From: a bacterium
Lineage (GTDB): Bacteria > SAR324 > NAC60-12
Direction of reading: 5' to 3'
DNA length: 64,000 nt
Assembly (NCBI GenBank): GCA_965205865.1
Contig: CBDBHR010000026.1
Location: 160,001-224,000 of the forward strand
Shown here: positions 9,444 through 21,069 of the stretch, piece by piece
How the letters are laid out: the number at the start of each line of letters is the position of its first letter
Position numbering within the stretch: the stretch's first letter is position 1
Notes under the pieces: model-generated
Told to the model about the DNA's origin: nothing
Databases searched by the model: none
Seen by the model: the letters and a program-made list of their open reading frames with translations, nothing else
Made by a program: the position numbers and the translations under genes

Positions 9444-10389
9444 ACCTAATCCTCGGGTCCAAATAAGAATAGAGCAGGTCGATGAGGAGATTGATCCCCA
9501 CCACCGCGGTGGCGAAAAACAGGTTGACTCCGGAGACCATCGGGTAGTCCCGGTCTTCGAGGGCACTCAGCAAGAGACGACCTAACCCCGGCAGGTTAAA
9601 GAGGTTCTCCATGATAACGGCGCCACCCACCAGGATCGGCAACTGCAGACCGATCAGGGACACCACCGGGATGAGGGCGTTCTTGATGGCGTGCCGTATG
9701 ACGACGACCCGCTCCCTCAGTTCCTTGGACCAAGCCGTCCGGATGTAGTCCTGACGGAGCACCTCCAGCATCATGGTGCGCGTCATCCGCATGGTGGCGG
9801 CCGCCATGGCCGTCCCCAGAATCAGGCTGGGGATGATGAACACCCCCAGATTCCCCAGCGGGTCTTCGGTGAAAGGAATCAGCTCCAGCGGTGGCGCCCA
9901 GCCCCACCAGATGGCTGGGTAGAGCAAGACCATCAGGGCCAGCCAGAAGTTCGGCGTGGCCAAGCCGATGATGGCGAGGGAGCGCCCCGCGTAGTCAGTG
10001 GCCGTATCCTGGCGTATCGCCGAGTAGATGCCAACGGGCAGGGCGATCACCAGCCCAATTACGATTGCCAGGACGCCAAGCTCGATGGTTACCGGCAACC
10101 TACCTATTATTTTCTCCTCTACCGTCCAATCGCTAAGCAGTGAGTTGCCAAGGGTGCCGTGGAGGAAAATACCTCCCATCCAGCGTCCATACTGCACGTA
10201 GACCGGCACGTCTAATCCCAGCTTCTGCTCAAGAGCTTCACGGTCTATTTCCACCCGAAAATGCATTTCAGCCACCATGGTGTCTATGATATCGCCCGGG
10301 ATGAAGCGCACCGAGAGAAAGACCAGGATGCTCAAGATAAACAGGGTGGGGATGATTAGCAATAACCGCCGGATGATATAGGCTCTCAT
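9436..10389 (-). CDS. dppB: ABC permease DppB/OppB type (paralog 2)
   Basis: Close paralog of 1327-2322. Confidence 0.92.
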   Translation of the reverse strand: MRAYIIRRLLLIIPTLFILSILVFLSVRFIPGDIIDTMVAEMHFRVEIDREALEQKLGLDVPVYVQYGRWMGGIFLHGTLGNSLLSDWTVEEKIIGRLPVTIELGVLAIVIGLVIALPVGIYSAIRQDTATDYAGRSLAIIGLATPNFWLALMVLLYPAIWWGWAPPLELIPFTEDPLGNLGVFIIPSLILGTAMAAATMRMTRTMMLEVLRQDYIRTAWSKELRERVVVIRHAIKNALIPVVSLIGLQLPILVGGAVIMENLFNLPGLGRLLLSALEDRDYPMVSGVNLFFATAVVGINLLIDLLYSYLDPRIRYE

Positions 10390-11886
10390 GGAACCCCTAA
10401 TGCCCCATTTCTTTCTTCAGCTCACTATCAATCCAGAGGCGGGCGAAAACCGTCGTCCTCGACATGTTTCCCAGCCCCTCTTCCCCGTTGAATCCTATGA
10501 CCCATGGCTGGATCGCATGAAACAACGGACCTCTCGGACCGAATATGGTATAATGTTGCTCTATTTCGCGTCTATCTACCGCCTGAACCAGCCTCTGCAG
10601 CTCCTCCACGGTGGTAGCGGCTACGGCAGCTTCATAGGTGGCGTCTAATTCCGGGTCGCTGACATTGGAGGGGTTCCATCCTGCTTTCGAGTAGTTTTGG
10701 CCAATGGGGCCGAGAGGCTTCCAGTCGGAGTTGTGATCGCAAGGTATAAAACCTTCATACTTAATTTCTCGCACAATAGCGATGTAAGAATTTCGGTCAT
10801 GTACCTTCACCTCTGCATCAATGCCAATGGCACGCAAGTATTCCATGACGATCTGGTAATAGTCTAAATCGAACCCGTGGTGGTCATGGGTGGTCTTGAA
10901 TCCATTGGGATAGCCTGCTTCAGCCAGCAGTTTTTTCGCAGCCTCCGGGTTATAGCGATAGGATCCCTTGAGCTCTTCGGGCCACTCTTCATAGGGGAAG
11001 TGATACCCCTGAAGCCCTCTCCCGTTACGCCCCGTCGGTGTCGTATTTGCCATCCCCTGGAAGAAGGTCTCATTAATTGTTTCAATGTCGATTGCCATCT
11101 GTATTGCGTGGCGCACCCTGATGTCGTTAAAGGGCGGCTTCTGCACGTTAAAAGTTATAGCCGTCTCGCCACGAGTTGAATATGTCCACAGGTTGAGTTC
11201 GGGGTTGGTCCGCTGGAGGCTCAATGCCTGGTCGACACTAATTAGTTGAGAGTCGCCCGCATAACCGGTGTAATCAGCCTTACCCGAGCGAATTAACGCC
11301 AGAATTGTCGCTTTTTCCTTCAAAATCAGGGCCCTTAACTCGTCAACATAGGGCAGGTGGTTCTCCGGGTACTTTTCGTCGTAGCCCCAGTAGTTAGGAT
11401 TCTTGGTAAAGGTGATAGAGCTGCCTTCGACATAGTCAGTCAGCTCAAAGGGCCCGGTGCCGACCACATTCCTCCAATCCCTAACGTCGCCGTATTGCTC
11501 GACTACCTCGGGGGCCAGTATATAAGTGTAATGATACGTGAGGATATTCTTCAGCGCATCGAGGATTAGCGACTTCAGCTTAAAGACAACCGAATATTTG
11601 TCGGTGGCTTCTACCGATTCAACATTGTAGGTTTGTAAGTTAAGACCTGCGCCAGGGCCAGCTTCGGTGAAGTCGCCCAGTCCCAATATACGCTCAAAGT
11701 TATATTTGATGTCATCGGCAGTTAGCTCCCGACCGTTCATCGGTGCCTTATCATGCCACTTAACGCCCGGGCGGATGTGGACGATAACAGTTAGTGGGTC
11801 GGGTTGCTCCCAGCTTTCAGCCAGATGCCCTCTTATGGCAAATTCAGGGACGTAAATTGTTCTATAGTCAAATAAGTCCCTATCTA

Positions 11887-13717
11887 GATCCTAGCCGAAA
11901 AGGTATTTTTTAGAATTATATCTTTAAACTTGAGGTTAAAAAGTGCCATAATTCATTGAAATAACTGTGAATAACTTCAATATTAAGAATTATGGCACCC
12001 AAAATGAAACCATTCATTCGAGCAGAAAAACATCTTATTTTAAGCGCTCCTGATACAGAATTTGAAAATTTCTTATCAGAACTTGATCAATTGTCTGAGC
12101 GAGAGCCGGAGATATTGGACAAAATTGAACAGGATTTGGAGAAATACGCAAGAAATAAAAAGAAAGAGCGTTTAGAGGATAAACGATGGCAGGAAGCCCG
12201 GAATCCATGGCTTCCTCATCTTCCCGTAGAAGATGAGGAATTGAAGCCGGAAGAACTGAGGCTGGAAATAGGGTGTCCTCGGATGTCGGCTTTTTTAGTC
12301 TACCTTTTTATGATGATTCGGGGATACTTAGGAAGTATCAAATCCCAAACGGCCCAAATATTTCTTTCAGAGTCAATCACACTGCATCTGCTTCTGCTCA
12401 ACCGTGGATTGAAAATGCCGGGAGCGAGTACAATCCTTGATAATGTCAATGCTGTCAGCAACGAGAGCAGACAGTTTATTTTCGATGCTCAAATTCGAAT
12501 GGTTCTCAATGAAGAGTTGGACGATTTTGATATTTTAAAACTGGATAGCACCTCTGTAAAAGGAAATACAGCTTGGCCTACTGATTCGTCGATATTGACT
12601 CGTCTCGTGGAGCGAAGCTACCATCGAGGGCGTTCCCTTGATACATTTGGAATCGCTGAGATCAGTGAAAGAAATTTTGATTTCCTCATCAAGGAGATGA
12701 ATAAGCTCTCTAAGATGATTGCTTTTGAGACAGGTAAAAAGGACAGTAAAACGAAGCGAAAAAAACATTACAAAACCCTATTGAAGAAAGCTCAAAGCGC
12801 TCATGGGAAATTTTTAAAAGAAATGGCAAAGGTGGATATCCGTGCCCAAAAAGCTCTTCTCCCCCCTTCTCGGAAAACGTTTGATTCGCCTCATTGAAAT
12901 GATGAATGAAGATATTTCTAATTTGCAACGGGTAATCATCTACTGTCATCAAAGAGTTTTTGAAGAAAAGAAGGTTCCTTCCACTGAGAAAGTATTGAGT
13001 CTTTCCGATCAGAGCTCGGCTTATATTCAAAAGGGAGATCGAGAAGCGCTTATCGGATATAAGCCTCAATTAGGAAGGAGCGGAAATGGTTTTATTTCCG
13101 TGTTAATTACTCCGGAGGGCAATGCTGCTGATTCAGGGCAACTCGACCCTGCCCTTGTTGAACATTTGCGATGCACCATCACCATTCCCTCTGAAGTGAG
13201 CCTTGATGATGGATATGTCAATCAGGCGATCAGAGAAAAGTGGATGGGCAAAGGCGTTAAGGTTTTTAGTATTAGTGGGGCAAAGGGAAAAAAGATGACC
13301 CCGATTGAAGAATGGGAAAGTGAAATCTATTTGGAATCACGAAATGGAAGATCTGCTGCAGAGTCGTTGATGTTTCATCTTAAGCATCGTTTCCATTTCG
13401 GACAAGTTATGCGCAGAGGGATTGAAAACGTTCGGGCAGAGTTGCTGGAAAAAGCATTAACCTATAATTTTTGCAAAATGATTGAGTTGAAAAAAAGACA
13501 ACTCAAACAAGCGGCCTGAATATTCAATGGGGGAGTGTGAAATATGAGCAGGGGCGAGGAAAGTATGTCCAAAAAAGATTTTTTCCCTATAAAAACTGTG
13601 CTGTGGGCGAATAAAAAACAAAAAAATCGTTTTCTCGTCATATTGAATCAAATAGAGAATCAAATAGAATCAAATTGGTTACATTTACTATTTTCGAAAC
13701 CCTTTTCGGCTAGGGTC
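11887..13717 (+). mobile_element. Insertion sequence, ISNCY (ISDol1-like) / IS5-related, 1831 bp
   Basis: 17-bp TIRs GATCCTAGCCGAAAAGG / CCTTTTCGGCTAGGGTC (1 mismatch); 6-bp TSD TATCTA at 11881-11886 and 13718-13723. Confidence 0.88.
11992..13519 (+). pseudogene. DDE transposase split by a frameshift near 12860-12880
   Basis: LDSTSVKGNTAWPTDSSIL, SLDDGY and RSAAESL motifs across two overlapping ORFs. Confidence 0.8.
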
Positions 13718-14034
13718 TATCTAGTCCCCAGTCCACTTTGCCTAGCTTCTCATGAACGCCCGAGATAGTGTGTCCCGCGGGGTAGCTGAAATAGGGGTCA
13801 ATACTCTCAGGGATGAAAGACTTGACGAAGGTGATTCGCCCGCCATATTCAGGTGCACTCACCATTTTTCCGGTGGATGGATCTTTGACCATCTTGGCGG
13901 CCCAGACCTGGCCAGCCATGAAGACGCTTGCTCCCAGGATGAGAGCCAGCAGGGTTGTGCTCAAGGTTGAGCTGCTTTTTTGATTAATTTTTTGATTAAA
14001 CATACGAGATTCTCGTTTTTGATGTTTAAAAATA

Positions 14035-15786
14035 CCCAAATTGAGCGATTCTAAAAAAGGATCAGATTTTCAAGATGATTTTTTTGCCTGAGAAAGGCAA
14101 TCATTCTGAAATCAGATTTTGATCATCAAATCCATGGATGTTTGAGTGAGAATGAGCATCAAAATGCTGTTTTCAGATGTGGAAGGTCTTCATTTCTCAT
14201 GTTTTGGACGCACTTATCCCCTTAAACTTTAATGTTTTTGTTTTTTAATTGAAGCGAAACCCGTTGATCAGATTGGCGCCAATGCGTGCTGGCAGGTGGC
14301 AAATAGTTGGTCCAATTGCAAGCGCTCAAAGGTCTTTTTTGGTATTTTCAAGATCAGTTTTCCGGCATGACGAAGCAGTTTGCCTGCCGTATCAAGAAAC
14401 TGGCGCCGGAAGGTATCAGCATACATCGTTACCGCAATCACTGGCTTGCTGACATCTTCTTTGAAGGATTCGAAGAGGTTATTGCCAAGCAGCATCAGAT
14501 AGTACCATGCGGTATTGGAAATGAAGTCCTTGAAGGGAAGTTGTTGATGACCAAAGTTTTTCAGCGCCCGGTTGGCCAGTTCATCCTTTCCCCGTCCGTG
14601 GTACGAGCCAAGGATGCTATGAGCATCGATGCGCTTTTCTTCAGCGGCTTGGCTGAGTTGGCCATCAATGGCCTCTCCCATACCAAGGTTCGTAATGATC
14701 ACGCCATCATGATCCAAACCCGGCAAAGAGAGTTGGCTATCGTGTTCAATCAAGCGGCTGTAGATCGTGCGACGAGCCTTCTTCCATGTCCCCTGCTGGC
14801 TCTTAAACTCGGTGTACTGCCAGATCTCCTTCTTGCCCGATGAAGTGAAGGTCTGCCAGTCAGTGGCTTCTTCCGCAGCATTCCTCACATTGGCATAGGA
14901 CTTTCCTCCGCTTCAGCTAACCGATGTTCAGTCGTTCACAGGTTTCAAAGATTTTTTCGTCAAAAAAACCGGTGTCCATGCGCACCATGATTGGTACATC
15001 ATCTCGGTATTGGCGGCGAATCCTTTTCACGATATGAACCAGCATATTCTGAACAGTTTTCCCGTGATTCGAATGTTTGCTACCTCCGCGAAAAACTGCG
15101 TCAACCATATAACGACCCCAATTCATCTGCAGGGGATGAAATCCTTTGACCATCTTGTAAGTCGGCTGGACACCATGGCGTTTCAGGGCATCATCATTAT
15201 CAAGTACCATCGAATCCAGACCCAACACAATCACCGTTGGACAAGTCTTCTTCAGTCTCCAGATAAACAGTATCTGCAGCAGATGACGAAACAGGTAGAC
15301 TCGTACAAAAGAGAACTTTCCAAAAAATCTTTTCACGGCATGCGAGGAGGCAAGGTCTTGCTCACTGCATGACAGCAAGGCGGCATAACCCTCGCCCCTT
15401 TTGAGGTGATCGAACCAACTGAGATGACGGCTGCTGCCGTCCATGAAAAAACAGAGGATCTGCGCAAAAAAATCAGAGACAGCAATTCCTTTTTTATTTT
15501 TACGCATCGAACCAAACAACCTTTCGATGATCGGCATCAGCCGAATGCTTTGCAGATACTGGGCAAACAAGGCCAATCCGGCACGACTTGTCAAGTGTTC
15601 ATCGGTTGGCTGAATGGCATCAATTATCTGTTTCTTTTTATCCTGAACTGTTATATTTTTTCCCATAAAGCTCTCTACCTGTTGGGTTGTGTTAGATTTT
15701 GTGAATTTTTTTATTTTAACCACTGAAATATAACACATTTTTCCCAAGGTTGGGAGCTTTTTTTATTACGAATCGCTCAACTTAGG
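14035..15786 (-). mobile_element. IS1380-family insertion sequence, 1752 bp, no target duplication visible
   Basis: TIRs CCCAAATTGAGCGATTC / GAATCGCTCAACTTAGG; CC...GG ends. Confidence 0.82.
14268..15666 (-). pseudogene. IS1380 transposase with stop and frameshift near 14905-14920
   Basis: LTSRAGL, LDSMVLD, GFHPL, RMDTGFF, YHGRGKDE motifs. Confidence 0.82.
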
Positions 15787-15794
15787 TCACCATT

Positions 15795-15938
15795 ATTCCT
15801 CAGTGGCGAGTGCTTGTGTCATCCTGGACTTAATCCTCGCTCTTCTCTGTGTCAGTCCTTGAAAATACTGTGCAATCTTGCCTTTCTCGGAACGAAAAGC
15901 ATGGGATTCAGAGCGCATCATTTTAAGGACTGATGAGC
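15795..15938 (-). repeat. ~144-bp repeat, second copy at 55106-55248 (+)
   Basis: Reverse complement closely matches 55106-55248. Confidence 0.85.
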
Positions 15939-16052
15939 ACTCGGCACGCGTGAGATATGAAAATAATCTGGATTAATTGTCAGTCAATCAATCCAATTAT
16001 TGGAACAATTTTTGTGGTAAGTCAGGAATCTTCAGGATGTTTTTAAGTGCTT

Positions 16053-16264
16053 TTGGTAAATCCCTCCACTCTTCTTGATGTTTTTCCAATTCTTGACCCA
16101 CGAGAGCCGCATCAATTTGAGCAAACCTCTCAACCAAGCTGCTTTTGCCTTTGAGCAATTGGTAAATCCCTCCACTCTTCTTGATGTTTTTCCAATTCTT
16201 GACCCACGAGAGCCGCATCAATTTGAGCAAACCTCTCAACCAAGCTGCTTTTGCCTTTGAGCAA
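16053..16264. repeat. Perfect 106-bp tandem duplication inside a degraded ORF
   Basis: 16053-16158 equals 16159-16264. Confidence 0.9.
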
Positions 16265-16770
16265 GATGTTCATATATTGATGATTGCTCAGGTTTTGGAT
16301 AAGGGGTGTATTGGCGAGGATCGCTTTAAAGCTTTTCGTCAGTAAGGAATGGTCGCCGCTTTTTTAAACAGATTTCCCGATAACGTGGCTCTCTTCAGCT
16401 CATCGAGATGCTGGCTTAAAGCGCGAAGGGCCTCAGAGCCCAAAATTTTTTAACAAACCATGGGAAAGCAATAAATTTCTGACTTCCTCTCTGGAGATGC
16501 TTATTCCACGCCGACGACAATTTGCTGCAGGATCTCGACCGCGCTCTATGTTTGCCACAACCTCGATTCGGGTTTGATTTTTAAGGTTAAATGTAATGGT
16601 TCATCTGCTATACCCTTCGGTGTCATTTTCCACATTCGTTCAGAATGACACAGCTTTGAGTGGGTAACAAGCTATCGAAGCAATCCAGTTAAAAACCAAC
16701 ACTAAGAGAATATTTCAGTAGCCAAGCGCTCATGTCGCGCGATTGAACGCCTAATAATCTTTTAAGCGAA

Positions 16771-17109
16771 TCAAGATTTCTCCGGTCCTTGCCAGCCAAA
16801 TTTTGCAAAATCGACGCTTTGGTGGCGGTCAAAACGGACTCCTTCCTCTTCCAGTAATTCCCGCTGCAGGATGCTCCCGTGGCCGCTGCTCCGCGGGCTG
16901 ATTTTACCTTCGCTGTTGATAACTCGCTGCCAAGGCACATCCGATTCCCAGGGAGTGGCGGACATGGCATACCCGACCATCCGCGCCGCGCATCCTCCCA
17001 CAATACCGGCAATCTGACCGTAAGTGGCCACTTGTCCATAAGGAACTTGACGGACCACTGCGTAGACACGTTCGTATAGATGAATGGATTTTGAAGATTT
17101 GGTGGGCAT
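16771..17109 (-). CDS. Alkyltransferase-like protein (ATL/YbaZ, MGMT family)
   Basis: VPYGQVATYGQIA, ARMVG, PWQRV (Trp in place of the catalytic Cys). Confidence 0.88.
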   Translation of the reverse strand: MPTKSSKSIHLYERVYAVVRQVPYGQVATYGQIAGIVGGCAARMVGYAMSATPWESDVPWQRVINSEGKISPRSSGHGSILQRELLEEEGVRFDRHQSVDFAKFGWQGPEKS

Positions 17110-17131
17110 TTAAAGATAGACAAAATGCCGG

Positions 17132-18298
17132 TCAATAGGATTTAGGCAGCCCCAGCGCTTTTTCGGCAATAAAACAAAGGATCAGCTGCGGACTGATAGG
17201 CGCGATACGACAGATCATGATTTCCCGCATTAGCCGCTCCACGTGAAATTCCTTGGCGTATCCCATTCCACCATGAGTCATCACCGCTTGCGCGCAGGCT
17301 TTGAAACCTGCCTCCGCTCCCAGATACTTGCCAGCATTGGCTTGCAAACCACAGGCTTGCTGACTGTCATACAAACTGGCTGCCTGCATGGCCATCAAAT
17401 AGGCGGCTTCGAGTTCCATCCAGGATTCTGCCAGAGGATGCTGAATAGCTTGATTCTTGCCAATTGGCCGTCCAAAAACAACTCGCCTTGCAGCATAGTT
17501 CGCGGCGCGGGTCAGAGCGTTTTGTCCAATGCCAACTGCTTCAATGCCGACAAGAATTCTTTCAGGGTTCAAGCTATGAAGGATGTATTGGAATCCTTGT
17601 CCCTCTTCACCAATCAAATCACCGGCAGGGACAGGCAAATCCTCAATAAAAAGTTCATTGGAATCAACCGCCTTACGTCCCATTTTTTCGATTCTCCGGA
17701 TGTCGACATAGTCGCGATCGAGGTTTGTATAAAACAAGCTGAGTCCCGCAACGCGCCGGGAACTGTTCTCTCGAGGGGTGGTGCGGGCCAGCAGCATGAT
17801 TTTATCCGCTTCCTGGGCCGTGGTTGTCCAGATTTTAGATCCTCTGACGCGATAGTGGTTTCCCGTTTTAACGGCCCGGGTTTCGATCGCAGCGGTTTCC
17901 AAGCCCACATTGGGTTCAGTTACTGCAAAACACACTTTGACATTTCCCCGGATCAAATCGGGCAACCACTTTTGCTGTTGCGCCTTAGTGCCAAAAACCA
18001 GAATGGGGTGAGGGCCAAAGAGGTTGATATGGATTGCGGAAGCGGCGCTCATAGCCCCGGAACTGCGCGCCACCTGATGCATCATCAAGGCGGCTTCCGT
18101 AACTCCCAGGTTGGCGCCGCCAAATTCCTCGGGCATCGTTATCCCCAGCCATCCCCCTTGAGCCATGGCCTGGTAGAAGTCTTCAGGGAAATCACCCTTT
18201 GTGTCTTTTTCCAGCCAATATTCGTCGTCAAAATTTGCGCATGTTTCTGCAACATGATCGCAAATGGCTTTTTGTTCGGGGGTCAGTGAAAAATCCAT
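17132..18298 (-). CDS. Acyl-CoA dehydrogenase
   Basis: FAVTEPNVG, GSKIWTT, RRVVFGRPIG, HGGMGY. Confidence 0.93.
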   Translation of the reverse strand: MDFSLTPEQKAICDHVAETCANFDDEYWLEKDTKGDFPEDFYQAMAQGGWLGITMPEEFGGANLGVTEAALMMHQVARSSGAMSAASAIHINLFGPHPILVFGTKAQQQKWLPDLIRGNVKVCFAVTEPNVGLETAAIETRAVKTGNHYRVRGSKIWTTTAQEADKIMLLARTTPRENSSRRVAGLSLFYTNLDRDYVDIRRIEKMGRKAVDSNELFIEDLPVPAGDLIGEEGQGFQYILHSLNPERILVGIEAVGIGQNALTRAANYAARRVVFGRPIGKNQAIQHPLAESWMELEAAYLMAMQAASLYDSQQACGLQANAGKYLGAEAGFKACAQAVMTHGGMGYAKEFHVERLMREIMICRIAPISPQLILCFIAEKALGLPKSY

Positions 18299-18313
18299 CG
18301 TGCTCCCTGAATT

Positions 18314-19447
18314 TCACGGATAAGCCAGTTGGACATAACGCTCCATGTGAAAGCTGTCGTCGCCGAACATTGTATTGATCATGGATACTCGCTTGAAATA
18401 ATGCCCCACATCCAATTCATCAGTCATGCCAATTCCTCCGTGGATCTGAATCGCATTTTGCCCGATAAAACGAATGGCTTTTCCCAATTGGACTTTGAAA
18501 GCAGCAATGGCTTGTGCCACTTGTTCTCCCTCATCGACCTTCATGGCTGCCATGTAGAGCATGGACTTCACCTGCGCATATTCGATGAACATTTCAGCCA
18601 TGATCATCCGCAGGGATTGGAATTTCCCAATAGGCTGGTTGAATTGCACCCTGATTTTACTGTACTCCACTGTCTTCTTATAAAGCATTTCCAAAGCGCC
18701 CACTGCTTCTGCCCCCAGTGCAACAATCGCTTCATGGACCACATTTTCCAACAGGGGGAGCCCTTTTCCTTCCTCGCCAATGAGATTGTCAGCACTCACT
18801 CTGACCTGATCAAAGCGGATATCGGCTGCTTTGAATCCGTCCACGGTACGCAGGGGAGTTTTTGAAATTCCGGGAGTATCGGCATCCAGGTGAAAGATCG
18901 AAATTCCCTCTTGCTCTCTTTGTTCTCCTCCCGTTCGGGCCACGACCAACAACCTGTCTGCCACATGTCCCCCCAGCACGAATATTTTTTCACCATCGAG
19001 CAAGTAATCAGAACCTGCTTTGCCGGCAGTCGTATTGACATCAAATAGATCATAACGACTTTGGATTTCAGAGAAGGCGACGGCATAGATCCGACTGCCT
19101 GCAATGATTGCTGGAATATGATCAGCTTTCTGCGTAGCATGTGCGCCTTTTCTGAAAAATCCACCTGCAAAAACCACGGAAGAAAAATAGGGTTCTACAA
19201 GAATGCCTTTGCCGAACTCCTCCATAATGGCCATAATATCGACAGCAGTGCCGCCATAGCCCCCTTCTTCCTCAGAAAATGGCACACTGTTCCAATCCAG
19301 ATCTGCAAACGTTTTCCAGTGCCGACGACTGAGTCCTTCCTCGGATTCCACAATTTTGCCGCGTGTGGCAAAGTCATATTCATTTTTTATAAAATTACTG
19401 ACACTTTGTTTCAGCAAGATTTGTTCTTCCGTAAATGTAAAATCCAT
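18314..19447 (-). CDS. Acyl-CoA dehydrogenase, PimD-like small subunit
   Basis: RVQFNQPIGKFQ, IQIHGGIGMTDE. Confidence 0.9.
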   Translation of the reverse strand: MDFTFTEEQILLKQSVSNFIKNEYDFATRGKIVESEEGLSRRHWKTFADLDWNSVPFSEEEGGYGGTAVDIMAIMEEFGKGILVEPYFSSVVFAGGFFRKGAHATQKADHIPAIIAGSRIYAVAFSEIQSRYDLFDVNTTAGKAGSDYLLDGEKIFVLGGHVADRLLVVARTGGEQREQEGISIFHLDADTPGISKTPLRTVDGFKAADIRFDQVRVSADNLIGEEGKGLPLLENVVHEAIVALGAEAVGALEMLYKKTVEYSKIRVQFNQPIGKFQSLRMIMAEMFIEYAQVKSMLYMAAMKVDEGEQVAQAIAAFKVQLGKAIRFIGQNAIQIHGGIGMTDELDVGHYFKRVSMINTMFGDDSFHMERYVQLAYP

Positions 19448-19515
19448 CTCATTCCCTTCAATAGTATACTGTGTCCGGGACGACAAACGAGGCGAACGAA
19501 TGGTGTTGCCCTTCG

Positions 19516-20700
19516 TTATAGTCCCAAGACGGCCTTGGCAATGATTCCTTTTTGTATTTGAGTGGAACCCGCGTAGATCGTGGTTTTTCTCATATCAAAA
19601 TACACCTGAGCCGCCGACTCGTCGCCATTGTTAAGCGCTTCCTTGTTCCCTGAAAGAGGATCATTGAAAATAAAACCGCCATAGCAGGCCGCATCCAGGC
19701 GCAACTCCGTCAATTTTTGCTGGATTTCCGTTCCTCTGATTTTCAAAATGGAAGACTCTGCTCCGGGTGCTCCACCAGTGGCAACTTGGGAAAGAATTCT
19801 CAAATAGGTATATTCCAAAGCCATCAATTCAATTTCAACCTCAGCTACCTTTTTTTTGTAAGAAGGGTCTTCCATCAGGTTCCCGTTGCCAGTCGGTGTT
19901 TTGGCTGCCGAAACCCTTATTTTCTCCAAATGGCGTTTCGAAACGGCGACTTCTCCCTGCATTGTTCTTTCATGGGTGAGCAAATACTTGGCATAGGTCC
20001 AGCCCTTGTTTTCTTCGCCAACCAGGTTTTCCACGGGAACTCTCACGTTGTCGAAATAAACTTCATTCACTTCTTGTCCCCCATCCATCAATTTGATCGG
20101 GCGGACTTCAATTCCCGACGATTGCATGTCAATCAACAAAAAAGAGATCCCCAGCTGATTTTTAACCTGGGGATCGGTCCGCACCAGGCAGAAAATCCAA
20201 TCGGCATACTGGGCATAAGTCGTCCAGGTTTTCTGGCCATTGACGACGTAATAGTCGCCATCACGGATTGCTCTGGTTTTCAAGGACGCCAGATCCGATC
20301 CCGCCCCTGGTTCGGAATAGCCCTGGCACCACCAGACGTTGCTTTCCAAAATATCAGGTAAAAACCGTTTTTTTTGCGCATCATTGCCAAAAGCGATGAT
20401 GACGGGCGCCACCAATTCCAAACCAAATGGTACCAACCTCGGCGCATCATGTTTAGCCTGTTCCTCAGCAAAAATTGCTTTTTGGGTCACCGTCCAACCG
20501 GTCCCGCCATATTCGACAGGCCAATTAATACCCGCCCATCCTTTTTTAGCCAACGTCTTTTGCCAGAGAATCTGGTCTTCTTTATAAATTGGTGATCCCT
20601 TTTCCAGTTTCTCTTTCAATTCCCCAGGCAACTCGTGCGCAAAAAAATGCTGCGCCTCTTCTCGAAAATTCATATCTTCTTTGCTGTAATTCACGTCCAT
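19516..20700 (-). CDS. Acyl-CoA dehydrogenase, PimC-like large subunit
   Basis: WWCQGYSEPGAGSDLASL, GQKTWTT, TIYAGSTQIQ. Confidence 0.92.
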   Translation of the reverse strand: MDVNYSKEDMNFREEAQHFFAHELPGELKEKLEKGSPIYKEDQILWQKTLAKKGWAGINWPVEYGGTGWTVTQKAIFAEEQAKHDAPRLVPFGLELVAPVIIAFGNDAQKKRFLPDILESNVWWCQGYSEPGAGSDLASLKTRAIRDGDYYVVNGQKTWTTYAQYADWIFCLVRTDPQVKNQLGISFLLIDMQSSGIEVRPIKLMDGGQEVNEVYFDNVRVPVENLVGEENKGWTYAKYLLTHERTMQGEVAVSKRHLEKIRVSAAKTPTGNGNLMEDPSYKKKVAEVEIELMALEYTYLRILSQVATGGAPGAESSILKIRGTEIQQKLTELRLDAACYGGFIFNDPLSGNKEALNNGDESAAQVYFDMRKTTIYAGSTQIQKGIIAKAVLGL

Positions 20701-21069
20701 TGTTTCTCCTTCTCAATGAATGGTGGAACGCGCGTCCATGATCTCGAGTTGACTGATTCGATAGGTGCTCCAACTACTCTCAGTCTTCTCAGGAGGGTAA
20801 TAACTTACGGGAATCCGCATTGCGCAGGATTCATAAGGCTATGGTCAGTTAATAGTAAAAAAGCAGGTCGAAGACAAGTCCATATTCACACCAGGCGAAT
20901 TGTTCGCCATTTCTTTTTTTGAAAAACTGAAAAAAAATTGTTTTTCTGGCAAAACTCGTTTATACATCATGTAGTCCAACGACAAAACAGATCGTTGAGC
21001 ATCTGTTGAGTCGGCTCTTCAAATCATTGTGATTTGTAAGTCAGTTAAAACTTCATTCAGGAGAAAAAC

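Larger units (their letters stand above)
10397..14003 (-). pseudogene. Family-5 substrate-binding protein interrupted by an ISNCY element
   Basis: N-terminus at 13718-14003 and remainder at 10397-11886 rejoin in frame as DWGLDRDLFD after removing the IS and one TSD copy. Confidence 0.9.

Noticed and set aside
17243-18289. 348-aa plus-strand ORF and similar long antisense ORFs (45567-46481, 58726-59595, 38800-39504)
   Set aside because: Shadows of well-supported genes on the opposite strand.
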